DNA of 64,000 nt. It comes from Nitrospira sp. GTDB taxonomy: Bacteria; Nitrospirota; Thermodesulfovibrionia; UBA6902. The position numbers and the translations under genes are program-made. The stretch covers positions 8,746 through 72,745 of the forward strand of contig JADHUV010000009.1 in NCBI GenBank assembly GCA_016784355.1. The letters are read 5' to 3'. Positions 39,183 through 49,014 of the stretch are shown here, piece after piece; position 1 is the first letter of the stretch, and each line of letters opens with the position of its first letter. The notes below the pieces were generated by a model, which saw only the letters and a list, made by a program, of their open reading frames with translations, ran no database searches and was not told the DNA's origin.

Positions 39183-39506
39183 TTATTGGAAGTGTCCCAG
39201 GCATTTCATATAAGACTCAGGCGGGTTGATTATCGAGAGTCCCACACTTGTAGTAAAGCCGTGCGGAGGTGTTACATAGGACCACTTGATTTTGCATTCA
39301 AGAAGTTGTGTTTCTCCGGAAGGAAGAACAAATTTAAGGCTGGCCTGTGTGTCACTGGAAAAAGTAATAGGTTTTTTTGCCGGGGCAGTGATGAGGTATA
39401 TTCCCTCGTCAGAAAGATTTTCAATCGAGCTTGCAAAGCTTTCCTCTCCTACCTTCAGTCTGGCATCGAGGTTAACTATTTTTCTTTTGGCTTTTCTGGT
39501 GTCCAT
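39183..39506 (-). CDS. PilZ-domain protein (c-di-GMP receptor type)
   Basis: RxxxR (RKAKR) and N-x-S-x-x-G (NLSDEG) motifs at the canonical spacing. Confidence 0.7.
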   Translation of the reverse strand: MDTRKAKRKIVNLDARLKVGEESFASSIENLSDEGIYLITAPAKKPITFSSDTQASLKFVLPSGETQLLECKIKWSYVTPPHGFTTSVGLSIINPPESYMKCLGHFQ

Positions 39507-39564
39507 TTTTATATTCTAACATATTATTTTTACTATGAAGCAAGGGTGGGAAGGAATAGGGGGG

Positions 39565-40449
39565 TTAGGGGTTAGGGAAGTATTTTTTGCAGTTTTGTAA
39601 TTCCTGGTGCAGGGTTCCCTGGAGAAAACCTTCGGTGATGGCTTTTGTACTGTTTAAAGAGACATCGGCGGCCCGGGGGGCGGGGGTGTTTATATCTCTT
39701 TGGAGGCACTTGTGAATTTGGACCTCCGGCATATGGAAGATATCCTTTATGAGTAAGCCGAAGTCGTATCTTGAGATTCTCTCAGCGCCTCCGAGATGAA
39801 ATATGCCTCCATTAAATTCGAGAGCCAGCAAGAGTCCATCGGCCGCCCTGTTAACGCATAGCGGGGTTCGAAACTCATCTGTAAATATTTTCAGGACTTT
39901 GCCCTGCCTCATTGCATTAACCATAGATAAAAGTGCTGAAGATCCATGGGGCGAGGGAGGGCCGAACATTAGCGGCATTCTGCAGACCACGGACTTTGGA
40001 TATGCTCTGAGTACTTCCTGTTCCGCCCTGACTTTCTGTTCTCCATACACGCTAAGCGGATCTGTGGGGGCATCTTCAGAATATGGCGCACTGCGGCCAT
40101 TAAATACCAGATCGGTAGATGTGAAAATATAGGGAATATCTTTTTCGCAGCATAGTTTTGCAAGCATAACCGGTACTGAAGCATTGATCTCTGCGGTCTC
40201 GTGTACATACTGCTGGCAGTAATCAGGGTTAGTGGCAGCAGCGGTGTGAATAACAGCATCCGGGCGGATAGTGTGGAATAAAGAGTTAAGTTCACGGTAG
40301 TTGCACAGGTTTATATTGGAGATATGTGCTCCGGGAATATCTATGTCATTGGAACCTGCAAGGCCGAATACATCCCATTTGTCAATGGCAGACCGGATTG
40401 TGTGCCATCCCAGAAATCCGCTGGCACCTGTGATAAGGAGCTTTTTCAT
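39565..40449 (-). CDS. NAD(P)-dependent sugar-nucleotide epimerase/reductase (RfbD/extended SDR-like)
   Basis: N-terminal TGASGFLGWH Rossmann motif and the YGEQK catalytic Y-x3-K. Confidence 0.7.
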   Translation of the reverse strand: MKKLLITGASGFLGWHTIRSAIDKWDVFGLAGSNDIDIPGAHISNINLCNYRELNSLFHTIRPDAVIHTAAATNPDYCQQYVHETAEINASVPVMLAKLCCEKDIPYIFTSTDLVFNGRSAPYSEDAPTDPLSVYGEQKVRAEQEVLRAYPKSVVCRMPLMFGPPSPHGSSALLSMVNAMRQGKVLKIFTDEFRTPLCVNRAADGLLLALEFNGGIFHLGGAERISRYDFGLLIKDIFHMPEVQIHKCLQRDINTPAPRAADVSLNSTKAITEGFLQGTLHQELQNCKKYFPNP

Positions 40450-40465
40450 AAGAGTGATTTATTGA

Positions 40466-40879
40466 TCATAGTTTGTTCAGGGTGAAATAGCCGAGAAACA
40501 ACTGTCTCTTGCCAAGCTGGTAATAAAATCTGCCTATATATGACCTGCCTGAATGCAGGCATCTCAGGTAGTCCCGGATTCCCCGGAGGGGAGGGAAATT
40601 TTTCTTGATCCCATAATTTATCACTACTGCATCACAGAAATCCAGATCTCTGCAACTTCCTTTTGAAATGACAAAGTGCCCCCATGTAAGACCGAAAATT
40701 TTATTATAACCAAAGGCACTGCTGCCGTTTTGCGAAAATACTTTAATGTGAGAGAGAAATCTGTAACCCGGGATCAGCAGGATGTCCACAAGGTATCGTC
40801 CTGAAAGTTCGTTGATATCTACGGGCGCAGCATCGATAAACTTTGCTCGCAAAGCGGGATAATTACTGGACCTAAACAT
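40466..40879 (-). CDS. Hypothetical protein
   Basis: ORF on the same strand, 16 nt upstream of the SDR gene. No motif recognised. Confidence 0.35.
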   Translation of the reverse strand: MFRSSNYPALRAKFIDAAPVDINELSGRYLVDILLIPGYRFLSHIKVFSQNGSSAFGYNKIFGLTWGHFVISKGSCRDLDFCDAVVINYGIKKNFPPLRGIRDYLRCLHSGRSYIGRFYYQLGKRQLFLGYFTLNKL

Positions 40880-40898
40880 GGTCTCTATTATATAGAGC

Positions 40899-41636
40899 GT
40901 GATGGAAAATGGTACAATACTGTCCGGGTTGATGAGTCATGCCCAATCGTTTAAATTTCTTAATGGAGAGTGTCTTGAAATGTTAAGTCAGATCCCGATG
41001 GATAAAATTGAATACGTACTTTTGGACATGGACGGCACCCTGCTGGATCTATATTTTGATGATTATTTCTGGGGTCATCTGGTGCCGGAAAAATATGCGG
41101 AAAAACATGAGATAACATTTGGTGCTGCAAAGGAATATCTTTACAGTACATATAAGTCTCATGAAAAAACCCTGAACTGGTGTGATATTGATTTCTGGTC
41201 ACGGGAGCTTAAACTGGATATCCCGGCCTTGAAAGAGCAGATAAGGCATTTAATAGAGGTGCATCCGAATGTAATAGATTTTCTTAAACTTATGCGCAAG
41301 AGAAAGAAGAAAATCTATATACTGACGAATGCACATTATAAGACAGTAAAAATAAAGTTTAGAAAGACGCAAATAGGGGAGTACTTTGATGAAGTGCTTT
41401 GCTCTTTTAATGTAGGTCACCCCAAGGAAGACCTGCAGTTTTGGGAAAAGGCACAGAAAAAGCTAGGGTTTGGCAAGGCAAATTCGGTCTTTATAGATGA
41501 TACTGAGGACGTGCTGAAGACCGCCAGAGAGTATGGTATGAAATATCTTTTATTTAAGTCCCGGGCCAGTTCAAAACTCAAGCCCAAGGAGACGACAGAG
41601 TTTTTGACAATCAATAATTTCAGCGAACTTATGTAG
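40899..41636 (+). CDS. HAD-superfamily hydrolase (nucleotidase-like)
   Basis: HAD motif I LLDMDGTLLD, motif II LTNA and motif IV FIDDTEDV. Confidence 0.7.
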   Translation: MMENGTILSGLMSHAQSFKFLNGECLEMLSQIPMDKIEYVLLDMDGTLLDLYFDDYFWGHLVPEKYAEKHEITFGAAKEYLYSTYKSHEKTLNWCDIDFWSRELKLDIPALKEQIRHLIEVHPNVIDFLKLMRKRKKKIYILTNAHYKTVKIKFRKTQIGEYFDEVLCSFNVGHPKEDLQFWEKAQKKLGFGKANSVFIDDTEDVLKTAREYGMKYLLFKSRASSKLKPKETTEFLTINNFSELM

Positions 41637-41668
41637 TCTTTAAGTTGCCGCTCAGGCATACTGGCTTT

Positions 41669-41696
41669 AAAACCCGGCTTTTACGGCCGGGTTTTT
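41669..41696. terminator. Bidirectional hairpin terminator
   Basis: AACCCGGC-ttttacg-GCCGGGTT with an A-run before and T5 after. Lies between convergent genes. Confidence 0.55.
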
Positions 41697-41722
41697 GCCT
41701 TATTAATTATATAGTGGGGGCG

Positions 41723-42006
41723 TTAAACTTTTTTCATGAGGAGAAAGGTTGCACCTTCTTCTGTCTTTATCGCCTTAAATACTTCACAGGACATACATGA
41801 TGCCTGCTTCATAGCAAAATCGCCCTGGACCTTGCCTCCACAGAATGTGCCTGCAACTGCCCAGCATATTCTGCCGCCGTTTTTGCCGCTGTTTGCACCA
41901 TTGCACGAGGTGTCTGTTGCCGCAGGGCACACCCCTAACTCCGCTGTTTTTTACCGCCGGCTTCTCGCCCGCAATCCTTTGATTCCCAACAATTTTTTTT
42001 TGCCAT
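41723..42006 (-). pseudogene. Two-CW-type cysteine-rich small protein gene interrupted by a 1-nt frame shift at an A6 run
   Basis: The N-terminal frame reads MAKKNCWESKDCGREAGGKK then stops (TAG at 41935-37). The C-terminal frame reads TAELGVCPAATDTSCNGANSGKNGGRICWAVAGTFCGGKVQG...; the ORF track lists its 69-aa part, which starts at the GTG at 41932. SD GGAGGG at 42013-18. One extra A in the run at 41947-52 would fuse both halves. Confidence 0.6.
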
Positions 42007-42027
42007 TTCCATCCCTCCAATTTAATT

Positions 42028-42044
42028 TATATATATATATATAT
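42028..42044. repeat. (TA)8 dinucleotide microsatellite just upstream of the two-CW gene
   Basis: TATATATATATATATAT read directly, 22-38 nt upstream of the ATG at 42006. Confidence 0.9.
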
Positions 42045-42131
42045 CGGCAAAAAAATGAGAAACATTAGGCCGTTGAGTAGAAAGATTAAAATAAGATTAA
42101 AGACGTTGTGAAAAAAGGGGGGGCATAAGAA

Positions 42132-42170
42132 ATAACAGCAGGGCAATCGATATAGAAGCCCTGCTGTTAT
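42132..42170 (-). terminator. Long hairpin immediately downstream of rho (possible terminator)
   Basis: 13-bp stem ATAACAGCAGGGC / GCCCTGCTGTTAT. On the minus strand it is followed by a C7T6 tract rather than an immediate U-run. Confidence 0.4.
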
Positions 42171-42181
42171 ATTTAAATAGG

Positions 42182-43462
42182 CTATTTATTCATTCGGTCA
42201 AGAAATTCCTTGTTGTTTTTTGTTCCAGTGATCTTGTCCAGAAGGAATTCCATGCTCTCGATTGTGCTGAGTGAGTGCAGGACCTTTCTGAGTATCCACA
42301 TTCTCTGAAGCATCTTCTTCTCTACAAGCAGCTCTTCTTTACGTGTGCCTGAGGAATTGATATTTATAGTCGGGAAGATGCGCTTGTCAACGAGTTTTCT
42401 ATCGAGGTGCAGTTCCATGTTTCCGGTTCCCTTGAACTCTTCAAATATGACATCGTCCATACGGCTGCCTGTATCAACAAGGGCTGTGGCCATGATAGTA
42501 AGACTGCCGCCTTCCTCGATATTACGGGCAGTTCCAAAGAATCTTTTTGGTTTCTGAAGTGCATTTGAGTCCAGTCCGCCTGAAAGTACTTTACCACTTG
42601 CGGGAATTACAGCATTGTAGGCCCTGGCAAGTCTAGTGATTGAGTCCAGCAAAATTATAACATTCTTACCAGTCTCAACCAGACGTTTTGAACGCTCTAC
42701 AACCATTTCCGCAACCTGCAGATGTCTCTGAGGCGGTTCATCAAAGGTAGAGCTTATTATCTCTGCATTTACCTGTCTGCTCCAGTCAGTTACCTCTTCC
42801 GGTCTCTCATCAATCAGAAGAATTATCAGGTGCGCATCCGGGTGGTTTGTTGTTATTGCTTTTGCGATTGACTGCAGCAGCATGGTTTTACCGGTTCTTG
42901 GTGCCGCAACGATCATCCCACGCTGGCCCATACCGATCGGACTTACAAGTCCCATGATCCTTGTGCAGTACTCATCCTTGTCATATTCAAGGTCTATGGG
43001 TTCTGTAGGATAGTATGGAGTAAGGTTGTCAAATAGTGGTCTCTCAATGCTCTCGTCCGGCGGTTCATGATTGACTGCCTCAACTTTTAGAAGGGCGAAG
43101 TATCTTTCACTTTCCTTAGGAGGTCTGATCTGGCCTGTTACAAGGTCTCCGGTGCGAAGTGTAAACCGTCTTATTTGAGAGGGAGAGACATATATATCAT
43201 CCGGCCCCGGCAGATAACTGTAATCAGGTGAACGGAGAAATCCAAAGCCGTCCGGCAGGATTTCTAACACGCCTTCCCCGAAAATAAGCCCCGTCTTTTC
43301 TGTCTGCGCCTGTAAAATAGCAAACATCAGTTCCTGTTTTCGCAGGCCTCGGGCACCCTCTACGTTGAGTTCCTTGGCCAGTTTGGCCAACTCATCCGGA
43401 GTTTTATCTTTAAGTTCCGAAATGTTCATACCATCTCCTTGCTTCTTACGTTTGTTCACCAT
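42182..43462 (-). CDS. rho: Transcription termination factor Rho
   Basis: RNA-binding N-terminal domain (GFGFLR), Walker [18 protein letters not shown] and the C-terminal [18 protein letters not shown] block. The likely true start is the internal MNISELK. Confidence 0.95.
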   Translation of the reverse strand: MVNKRKKQGDGMNISELKDKTPDELAKLAKELNVEGARGLRKQELMFAILQAQTEKTGLIFGEGVLEILPDGFGFLRSPDYSYLPGPDDIYVSPSQIRRFTLRTGDLVTGQIRPPKESERYFALLKVEAVNHEPPDESIERPLFDNLTPYYPTEPIDLEYDKDEYCTRIMGLVSPIGMGQRGMIVAAPRTGKTMLLQSIAKAITTNHPDAHLIILLIDERPEEVTDWSRQVNAEIISSTFDEPPQRHLQVAEMVVERSKRLVETGKNVIILLDSITRLARAYNAVIPASGKVLSGGLDSNALQKPKRFFGTARNIEEGGSLTIMATALVDTGSRMDDVIFEEFKGTGNMELHLDRKLVDKRIFPTININSSGTRKEELLVEKKMLQRMWILRKVLHSLSTIESMEFLLDKITGTKNNKEFLDRMNK

Positions 43463-43898
43463 GGAATTGTACCGTCCTATTTAGCGGGAATAAATAATTT
43501 TTGAAATATGTTGTGGAGGTTTTAACCTTTCATTGCAATAAAGATTGCAGGAAAAGCAGAGTAGTTAATTACGAATACTATATCAGATCTAAGATTTTTG
43601 TCAATACCTCCGTATGGCTACAGTATTAAGTATCTTTCTGTTATTAAGAAAGATACATTGCTACTGCAAGTAAGGCAAATATCCCCTCGGTGAATAGTTG
43701 CTTTAATAGTCTGTGAAAAAGTGGTTCTGCTTCCGGGGACTTTCAGTTGTATTTCTTTTTCGTATTCTCATCCGTATGTATTAGCAGGCGGACTTTACTT
43801 TCAATGTTATTATTTTATTTCAGTCAGCCTCGCTTGTCAAGGGGGTAAGCTGCTGAACATGATTGATTTTTTAAGGACACTTTGTAACAATATACAGC

Positions 43899-44255
43899 AT
43901 GTCCAATCAGTCTGCAAGTGAGTATATAATGGTATTTATAACCGCGCCTAATGAGGGTGAGGCCGAGAAAATCTCATATGCCCTGCTTGAGGCAGGTCTT
44001 GCCGCATGTGTAAATATCGTCCGGAATATACGTTCAATATATCGGTGGCAGGGCAAGATTGAAGATGAGACTGAGATTCTTATGATCGCCAAGACTCAGA
44101 AATGCAGGTTTGGGGAGTTAGAGGAAATGGTGCGTCAGCTTCATAGTTATGAAGTTTCGGAAATTATTGCGGTCTCGATCGCGGAGGGTTCAGCGCCCTA
44201 TCTTCAGTGGATCAAGGAGCACACAAATTTAGACACCGGAGGTATGACACGATGA
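43899..44255 (+). CDS. cutA: Divalent-cation tolerance protein CutA
   Basis: LAACVNI ... S.YRWQGKIE.. E.. L..KT pattern, ~110 aa. Confidence 0.85.
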   Translation: MSNQSASEYIMVFITAPNEGEAEKISYALLEAGLAACVNIVRNIRSIYRWQGKIEDETEILMIAKTQKCRFGELEEMVRQLHSYEVSEIIAVSIAEGSAPYLQWIKEHTNLDTGGMTR

Positions 44256-44728
44256 GTGACAATGAATCAGAGGGCCTGGAGAAGGAACTGGACGGCTATA
44301 AAAAGAATATACTTGAGGTAAATAAGGGATGGCTTGAGTGGGAGAAGGACCTTATTTTTAATGTAAGGACTCAGATGGGTTATGAGATAGAATATGATGC
44401 CAAGATGCAGTGGGGATGTTCACCCACTGAAACCCTGCTGGCAAGTGTCGCCGGATGCATGGCTATAGATGTTTTTTATTTTCTTCAGAAGATGCGTGCA
44501 GAGATAACGGAGTTTAAGATAGATTACTCCGGTGTAAGGAAGGCCGATCCACCCCAGTATTACAAATCCATTGATCTGTTGATAAAAGTAAAGGGTGAGG
44601 GCCTTACCCCTAAAAAGCTTGACCGCGCCATAGCCCTGTCACATGATAAATACTGCTCTGTTTACAATGCACTGAGAAGTGATATTGACGTTAATGTCAG
44701 GTATGCCTTAAATGACGAAAATTCCTAG
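44252..44728 (+). CDS. OsmC/Ohr-family protein
   Basis: OsmC-like pattern (GCSPTETLLASVAGCMAIDV ... HDKYCSVYNAL). I prefer the ATG at 44252, which overlaps the cutA stop (ATGA), over the listed upstream GTG at 44207. Confidence 0.7.
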   Translation: MSDNESEGLEKELDGYKKNILEVNKGWLEWEKDLIFNVRTQMGYEIEYDAKMQWGCSPTETLLASVAGCMAIDVFYFLQKMRAEITEFKIDYSGVRKADPPQYYKSIDLLIKVKGEGLTPKKLDRAIALSHDKYCSVYNALRSDIDVNVRYALNDENS

Positions 44729-45075
44729 GGCGATATCAATTCGCTTTTCAGCCATGCTTTAAAGTCTTCTGTAAGGGTGTACATCCCTGAATTAGTCTCG
44801 GCTGACTGAGTATCGAGAACACCCTGGAAAAACTTTTCCGGGATGTCATAGATATAGCCTACTGTCTTGCAGATAATTGCTCTCAGCTGCATTATTACCA
44901 GCGCAGGCTTGTCATTTACATGGTCAACATACAACATATACCCGTAGGTGATATCTGCGGGATTGTCCTTGTCAACTGCACGAGGATCAATAAACATTGC
45001 AGGTGTAATATCCCACCGTATTTCATTGATTATATTGGGACTGTCTTTTAGTGTTTCAAATTTTATATTATCCAT
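44725..45075 (-). CDS. Hypothetical protein
   Basis: 116-aa ORF with no recognised motif, convergent with the OsmC-like gene. Confidence 0.35.
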   Translation of the reverse strand: MDNIKFETLKDSPNIINEIRWDITPAMFIDPRAVDKDNPADITYGYMLYVDHVNDKPALVIMQLRAIICKTVGYIYDIPEKFFQGVLDTQSAETNSGMYTLTEDFKAWLKSELISP

Positions 45076-45238
45076 GGGGTCTATTATATACTGTTTTTAT
45101 CATCTATGGATGATATCGGTGAAAAGCTGATATAATTCTTTGAATCGGCCCGCCTTTCTCCGGGAGTGGATGCTTCCCGCGCTGCAATAGAAAGCCGGTC
45201 TGCCTAATAATATCCTGATATAAAAAGGAGCTTTCATT

Positions 45239-45580
45239 ATGGACTGCCTGTTCTGCAAAATTGTCAGAGGGGACATCCCCGTAAAAAAGGTGTATGAAGA
45301 TGACAGGGTGCTTGCATTTGAGGATTTAAATCCGCAGGCCCCGGTGCATATTCTGGTAATACCCAAAAAGCATATCTCAACCTCGCTCGACGTAACTGCT
45401 CAGGATAATGAGACTATCGGGCTTATGCTGCAGGCGGCCAACCTGATTGCCAGAGAGAAAGGGGTTGCGGAAAAGGGGTTCAGGCTAGTCATAAACTGTA
45501 ACTCGGATGCCGGGCAGACGGTCTTTCACATTCACCTTCATATGCTTGCTGGTCGTAAGATGCAGTGGCCGCCGGGCTAG
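45239..45580 (+). CDS. HIT-family (HinT-like) nucleotide hydrolase
   Basis: Histidine triad HIHLHML, and N-terminal CLFCKI. Confidence 0.9.
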   Translation: MDCLFCKIVRGDIPVKKVYEDDRVLAFEDLNPQAPVHILVIPKKHISTSLDVTAQDNETIGLMLQAANLIAREKGVAEKGFRLVINCNSDAGQTVFHIHLHMLAGRKMQWPPG

Positions 45581-45616
45581 TAACTAGTCCATATGCTGAA
45601 TTAACAGGAGCTTTAT

Positions 45617-46300
45617 GTGTCCGAAAAAAAAGATTATCGCGGGATACTGCTCAGGATGTTTGAGGCCGCTGAAAGGAAATTTGGTCAGCTGAACTGGTGG
45701 CCTGGAGATACCCCTCTTGAGATATCAGTGGGTGCGATTCTGACCCAGAACACAAACTGGGGTAATGTAGAAAAGGCCATAGCGGCATTGAAAAAAGCAG
45801 GGGTCATGAATGCGGCGGCCCTGCACGGGATGCCTGTGGAGAGACTTGCGGTTTTGATTCGCCCTGCAGGTTATTACAATATTAAGGCAGCACGTCTGAA
45901 AAATTTCCTTAAGTTTCTGCATGACAATTATGGCGGACAGCTTGAAAATATGAGAGAAAATAATCTACCTGTACTGCGCAGAGAACTGCTTAGTGTTAAT
46001 GGAATAGGCCCTGAGACAGCTGATTCCATACTCCTTTATGCGCTTGAGAAACCGGTTTTTGTCATAGATGCCTATACCATGAGGATCTTAAAGAGGCACG
46101 GCCTGACATCTGAGGCTGGATCTTATCATGGACTACAGTCACTGTTTTATAACTGCCTAGAGCCGGATGTGAAGATTTTTAATCAGTTTCATGCCTTTTT
46201 CGTGATGCTCGGCAAGGAATATTGCCGCCCTAAGCCTCAGTGCGAAGGCTGCCCTCTAGTGGATTTGTCCGGTGCTCCGGCTCAGCCGGGCCGGGCATAG
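45617..46300 (+). CDS. Endonuclease III-related HhH-GPD superfamily protein
   Basis: HhH motif region LLSVNGIGPETADSILLYAL and the catalytic-Asp context VIDAYT. The C-terminal Cys cluster CRPKPQCEGC has only three Cys visible. Confidence 0.7.
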   Translation: MSEKKDYRGILLRMFEAAERKFGQLNWWPGDTPLEISVGAILTQNTNWGNVEKAIAALKKAGVMNAAALHGMPVERLAVLIRPAGYYNIKAARLKNFLKFLHDNYGGQLENMRENNLPVLRRELLSVNGIGPETADSILLYALEKPVFVIDAYTMRILKRHGLTSEAGSYHGLQSLFYNCLEPDVKIFNQFHAFFVMLGKEYCRPKPQCEGCPLVDLSGAPAQPGRA

Positions 46301-46306
46301 TTTTCC

Positions 46307-49012
46307 ATGGGAAAGACTCGCCTTTACATATCACCCCCCGGGACCTCACAAAAAGCCAGTAATATATTTAAGGAGTTACTTTCGCGGATTAGCGGAAATG
46401 ATTTTTCACGTGTACTTTATCTGGTGCCTGATATGCACGTGATGTCTGATGTGAAAGACCAGTTTCTGGAGTTTATGAAAGATGCCGGCAGAGGAGATGC
46501 ATATATACCTTTTAAGTTAATCACGCCCGGCCGTCTCGCACTTGAACTGCATGATGATTATGCTTCTTCAAAGAGGGTTATCTCAGATGAGATAAGGACA
46601 CTGATGCTCAGTGAGTATCTAGGGGATACCGGCATGGGTTACGCCCGGATACTGTCCGGGCTGCTTAGAAAAATCCGGTATTATGCAGCAGATGATCTGC
46701 TGGTAGTTCGGGATAAAATTGCAGAACTGATTATCGAGGATATGGCCCGTGAGAGAGCAATCGGCGCGATTGATCTGCTTTTGCGATATACGGAACAGCT
46801 TAGGGTTATGGGACTGATGGATACGGAAGATGTATTGCTAGAAAGCATTAGTCTTATTTCCGGGCATCTGGCACCTGAGATACTTATCATTGGCGGTTTT
46901 TATGATCCTGCCCCTCTGGAAATGAGGCTTATCAGCGCCTTGATAGCCAGGGCAGGCGCGGCGCTGATCATGTCTGAAGAAGGAACCGGTATTGAATATC
47001 ATGTGCGTGAGTCCTTCAATGCGGATATCAGAAGGCTTGAGTCTGCGCAACGTGGTGCCAGTCCGTATTTTTATACATTTCCTTCCAGGGAGGAGGAAGT
47101 TGAGGGTATTGCCAGAGAGGTAAAGAGTCTTATTCTGCAGGGTGCTTTACCATGGAAGATAACTGTCTGCTTTCCAGTATCGCCTGCCTACACCTCGATG
47201 GTGCGAAGGGTGTTTGCGCGCTATAAACTACCTTGCAGCACAGGGGAGATGAATGCCGCTTCTGCCGGCATAATAGCCGCTTTAAAGGATCTGATAATCT
47301 GTGTGGAAGAGGATTACCCGAGAACCGCATTTTTGTCTTTATTGATTGCTCCGTGTTTCAATGCGATCTCTGCTGAAGTTAAGGACCATGCACTTAATTT
47401 TGCGTACAGGGCGGGTATTGTCAAGGGCCGGAAAGGCTGGCTTTCTGCACGGGAAATCATAATAAATACGGGAGCCGGGGAAGACCTCCGGGAACTGGAG
47501 ATCCTGGATGCCTTTCAGAGGGAAACAGGGCTGTTGATAAAGATGATTGACGGGCTTAAGGCCACAAGAGATCTGAATTCTTTTATTGCTGCATTTGAGG
47601 AAACCCTTGGCCGCCTGGGTTTTTTCACCTGTCTGCGTGATATGGAAAGTGAAAAGCAGGGTGAGGGACTGACACAGGCTCTCGCACTAAAGCTGCTGGA
47701 GCTTCGCTCTATGGCGCATTATTATAATAATGATTTGCGCCGTTCTCAGACACCATGGTTTTACCTTAAAAACCTTCTCTCAGGCATTACGATAAACAGT
47801 GATTCCAGAGACGGGGTAAGGGTGCTGCCCTTTGAAGCCGCCGCCGGAATAGAGACAGATACCCTGTTTTTAGGCGGGCTGGTTGAAGGGGATCTGCCGT
47901 GCAGCCCTGAGATGGATCCGGTACTGCCGGAGTGGGTCAAGAAGAAGCTTGGACTGCCTAATGTAGATTTTTATATGGATCGGCAGAGGGCTTATTTTAA
48001 GCGACTCTTAAACCTTCCGGCAAGAGAGCCGTACCTGTCTTGTCCGGCTGCTGAGGGTGAGAAGGTGTTTTTGCCGTCACCATATCTTGACTGGGAGCAG
48101 GTCCGTCCGGCCCCGGAACTTGATATTTATACAGAGGAAGATGTTCTTGTCAGCATAGGCGCCTCTAAAAAAATGTCTGCGCCTCTTCAGGAGATGGGTA
48201 ATGACGGGGTATCAGATATTAAAACACAGGAGCTGCTTACGCAAAGAATAAAAGGTATGGCGCGCGGGAGCCTTCGTGTTACGGATCTGGATTTTTACAG
48301 GAAATGTCCTCAGCGTTTTTATATTGAAAAAGTTTTAGGGCTTGAAGTTGAGCTCCCGCCGAAATTTGAGGTTGAGGCTAGATTGTGGGGCAGTCTGGCT
48401 CACACTGTCATGGAAAATACTTTTGCAAAGGGCGATGTAAAGATGAGTGCCCTTGAGGCCGGACTGAGCGCTGGCCTTGATAAAGCACTGCTGCGTTTTC
48501 CTCTCGGACACTTTTGGGAGCTCGTTGCCAGGGCCGTCTTCAGTAAGCTGGCACCTCTTATCATAGAGCGTGAGGCTGCCCTGAGGGAGGAAGGTTACAG
48601 TCCCTGTGCCGTGGAGCAGAAGGTGAAAACCGGTTTAAGTGAGATGCAGATTATCGGCAAGGTAGACCGTGCTGACCGTCTCGGGCAGGATGGCCGTAAA
48701 ATTGTTGAACTGATTGATTACAAGACCGGGGCTGTAGATCGGGACAGTCTTCAGATCCCCCTTTATATTCATATGTGGAAAGAGCAGTTCGGGGAAGAAG
48801 TCAGCAGGGCGGGATATTATTCTTTAAAGGACGGTTCAGTTCAGTGGTATCCGAAAAAGGGCTCTATGGATGAATACGTTCAGGCGGCAATGCAAAAAGT
48901 GGACAAAGTTATTAGCGACATATTAAATGGCTATTTTCCTTCCGTGCCTGCCGGACCCGGGGAATGCAAATTTTGCTGTAATGCTTCGATTTGCAGGGTT
49001 GGGGCTGAATAA
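46307..49012 (+). CDS. AddB-like helicase-nuclease subunit (degenerate ATPase, C-terminal PD-(D/E)XK nuclease with an Fe-S Cys set)
   Basis: No intact Walker A (PPGTSQKAS). Nuclease block GKVDRADRL ... ELIDYKTG. The 1+3 cysteine pattern (FYRKCPQRF ... CKFCCNASIC) is typical of AddB. Confidence 0.7.
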   Translation: MGKTRLYISPPGTSQKASNIFKELLSRISGNDFSRVLYLVPDMHVMSDVKDQFLEFMKDAGRGDAYIPFKLITPGRLALELHDDYASSKRVISDEIRTLMLSEYLGDTGMGYARILSGLLRKIRYYAADDLLVVRDKIAELIIEDMARERAIGAIDLLLRYTEQLRVMGLMDTEDVLLESISLISGHLAPEILIIGGFYDPAPLEMRLISALIARAGAALIMSEEGTGIEYHVRESFNADIRRLESAQRGASPYFYTFPSREEEVEGIAREVKSLILQGALPWKITVCFPVSPAYTSMVRRVFARYKLPCSTGEMNAASAGIIAALKDLIICVEEDYPRTAFLSLLIAPCFNAISAEVKDHALNFAYRAGIVKGRKGWLSAREIIINTGAGEDLRELEILDAFQRETGLLIKMIDGLKATRDLNSFIAAFEETLGRLGFFTCLRDMESEKQGEGLTQALALKLLELRSMAHYYNNDLRRSQTPWFYLKNLLSGITINSDSRDGVRVLPFEAAAGIETDTLFLGGLVEGDLPCSPEMDPVLPEWVKKKLGLPNVDFYMDRQRAYFKRLLNLPAREPYLSCPAAEGEKVFLPSPYLDWEQVRPAPELDIYTEEDVLVSIGASKKMSAPLQEMGNDGVSDIKTQELLTQRIKGMARGSLRVTDLDFYRKCPQRFYIEKVLGLEVELPPKFEVEARLWGSLAHTVMENTFAKGDVKMSALEAGLSAGLDKALLRFPLGHFWELVARAVFSKLAPLIIEREAALREEGYSPCAVEQKVKTGLSEMQIIGKVDRADRLGQDGRKIVELIDYKTGAVDRDSLQIPLYIHMWKEQFGEEVSRAGYYSLKDGSVQWYPKKGSMDEYVQAAMQKVDKVISDILNGYFPSVPAGPGECKFCCNASICRVGAE

Positions 49013-49014
49013 TT

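Noticed and set aside
43629-43656. 10-bp-stem hairpin (GTATCTTTCT/AGAAAGATAC) in the long region upstream of rho, considered as a possible ncRNA or attenuator.
   Set aside because: It is a single isolated hairpin without a U-run or conserved motif that I can recognise. Long structured rho leaders are common, so there is not enough evidence to call a feature.
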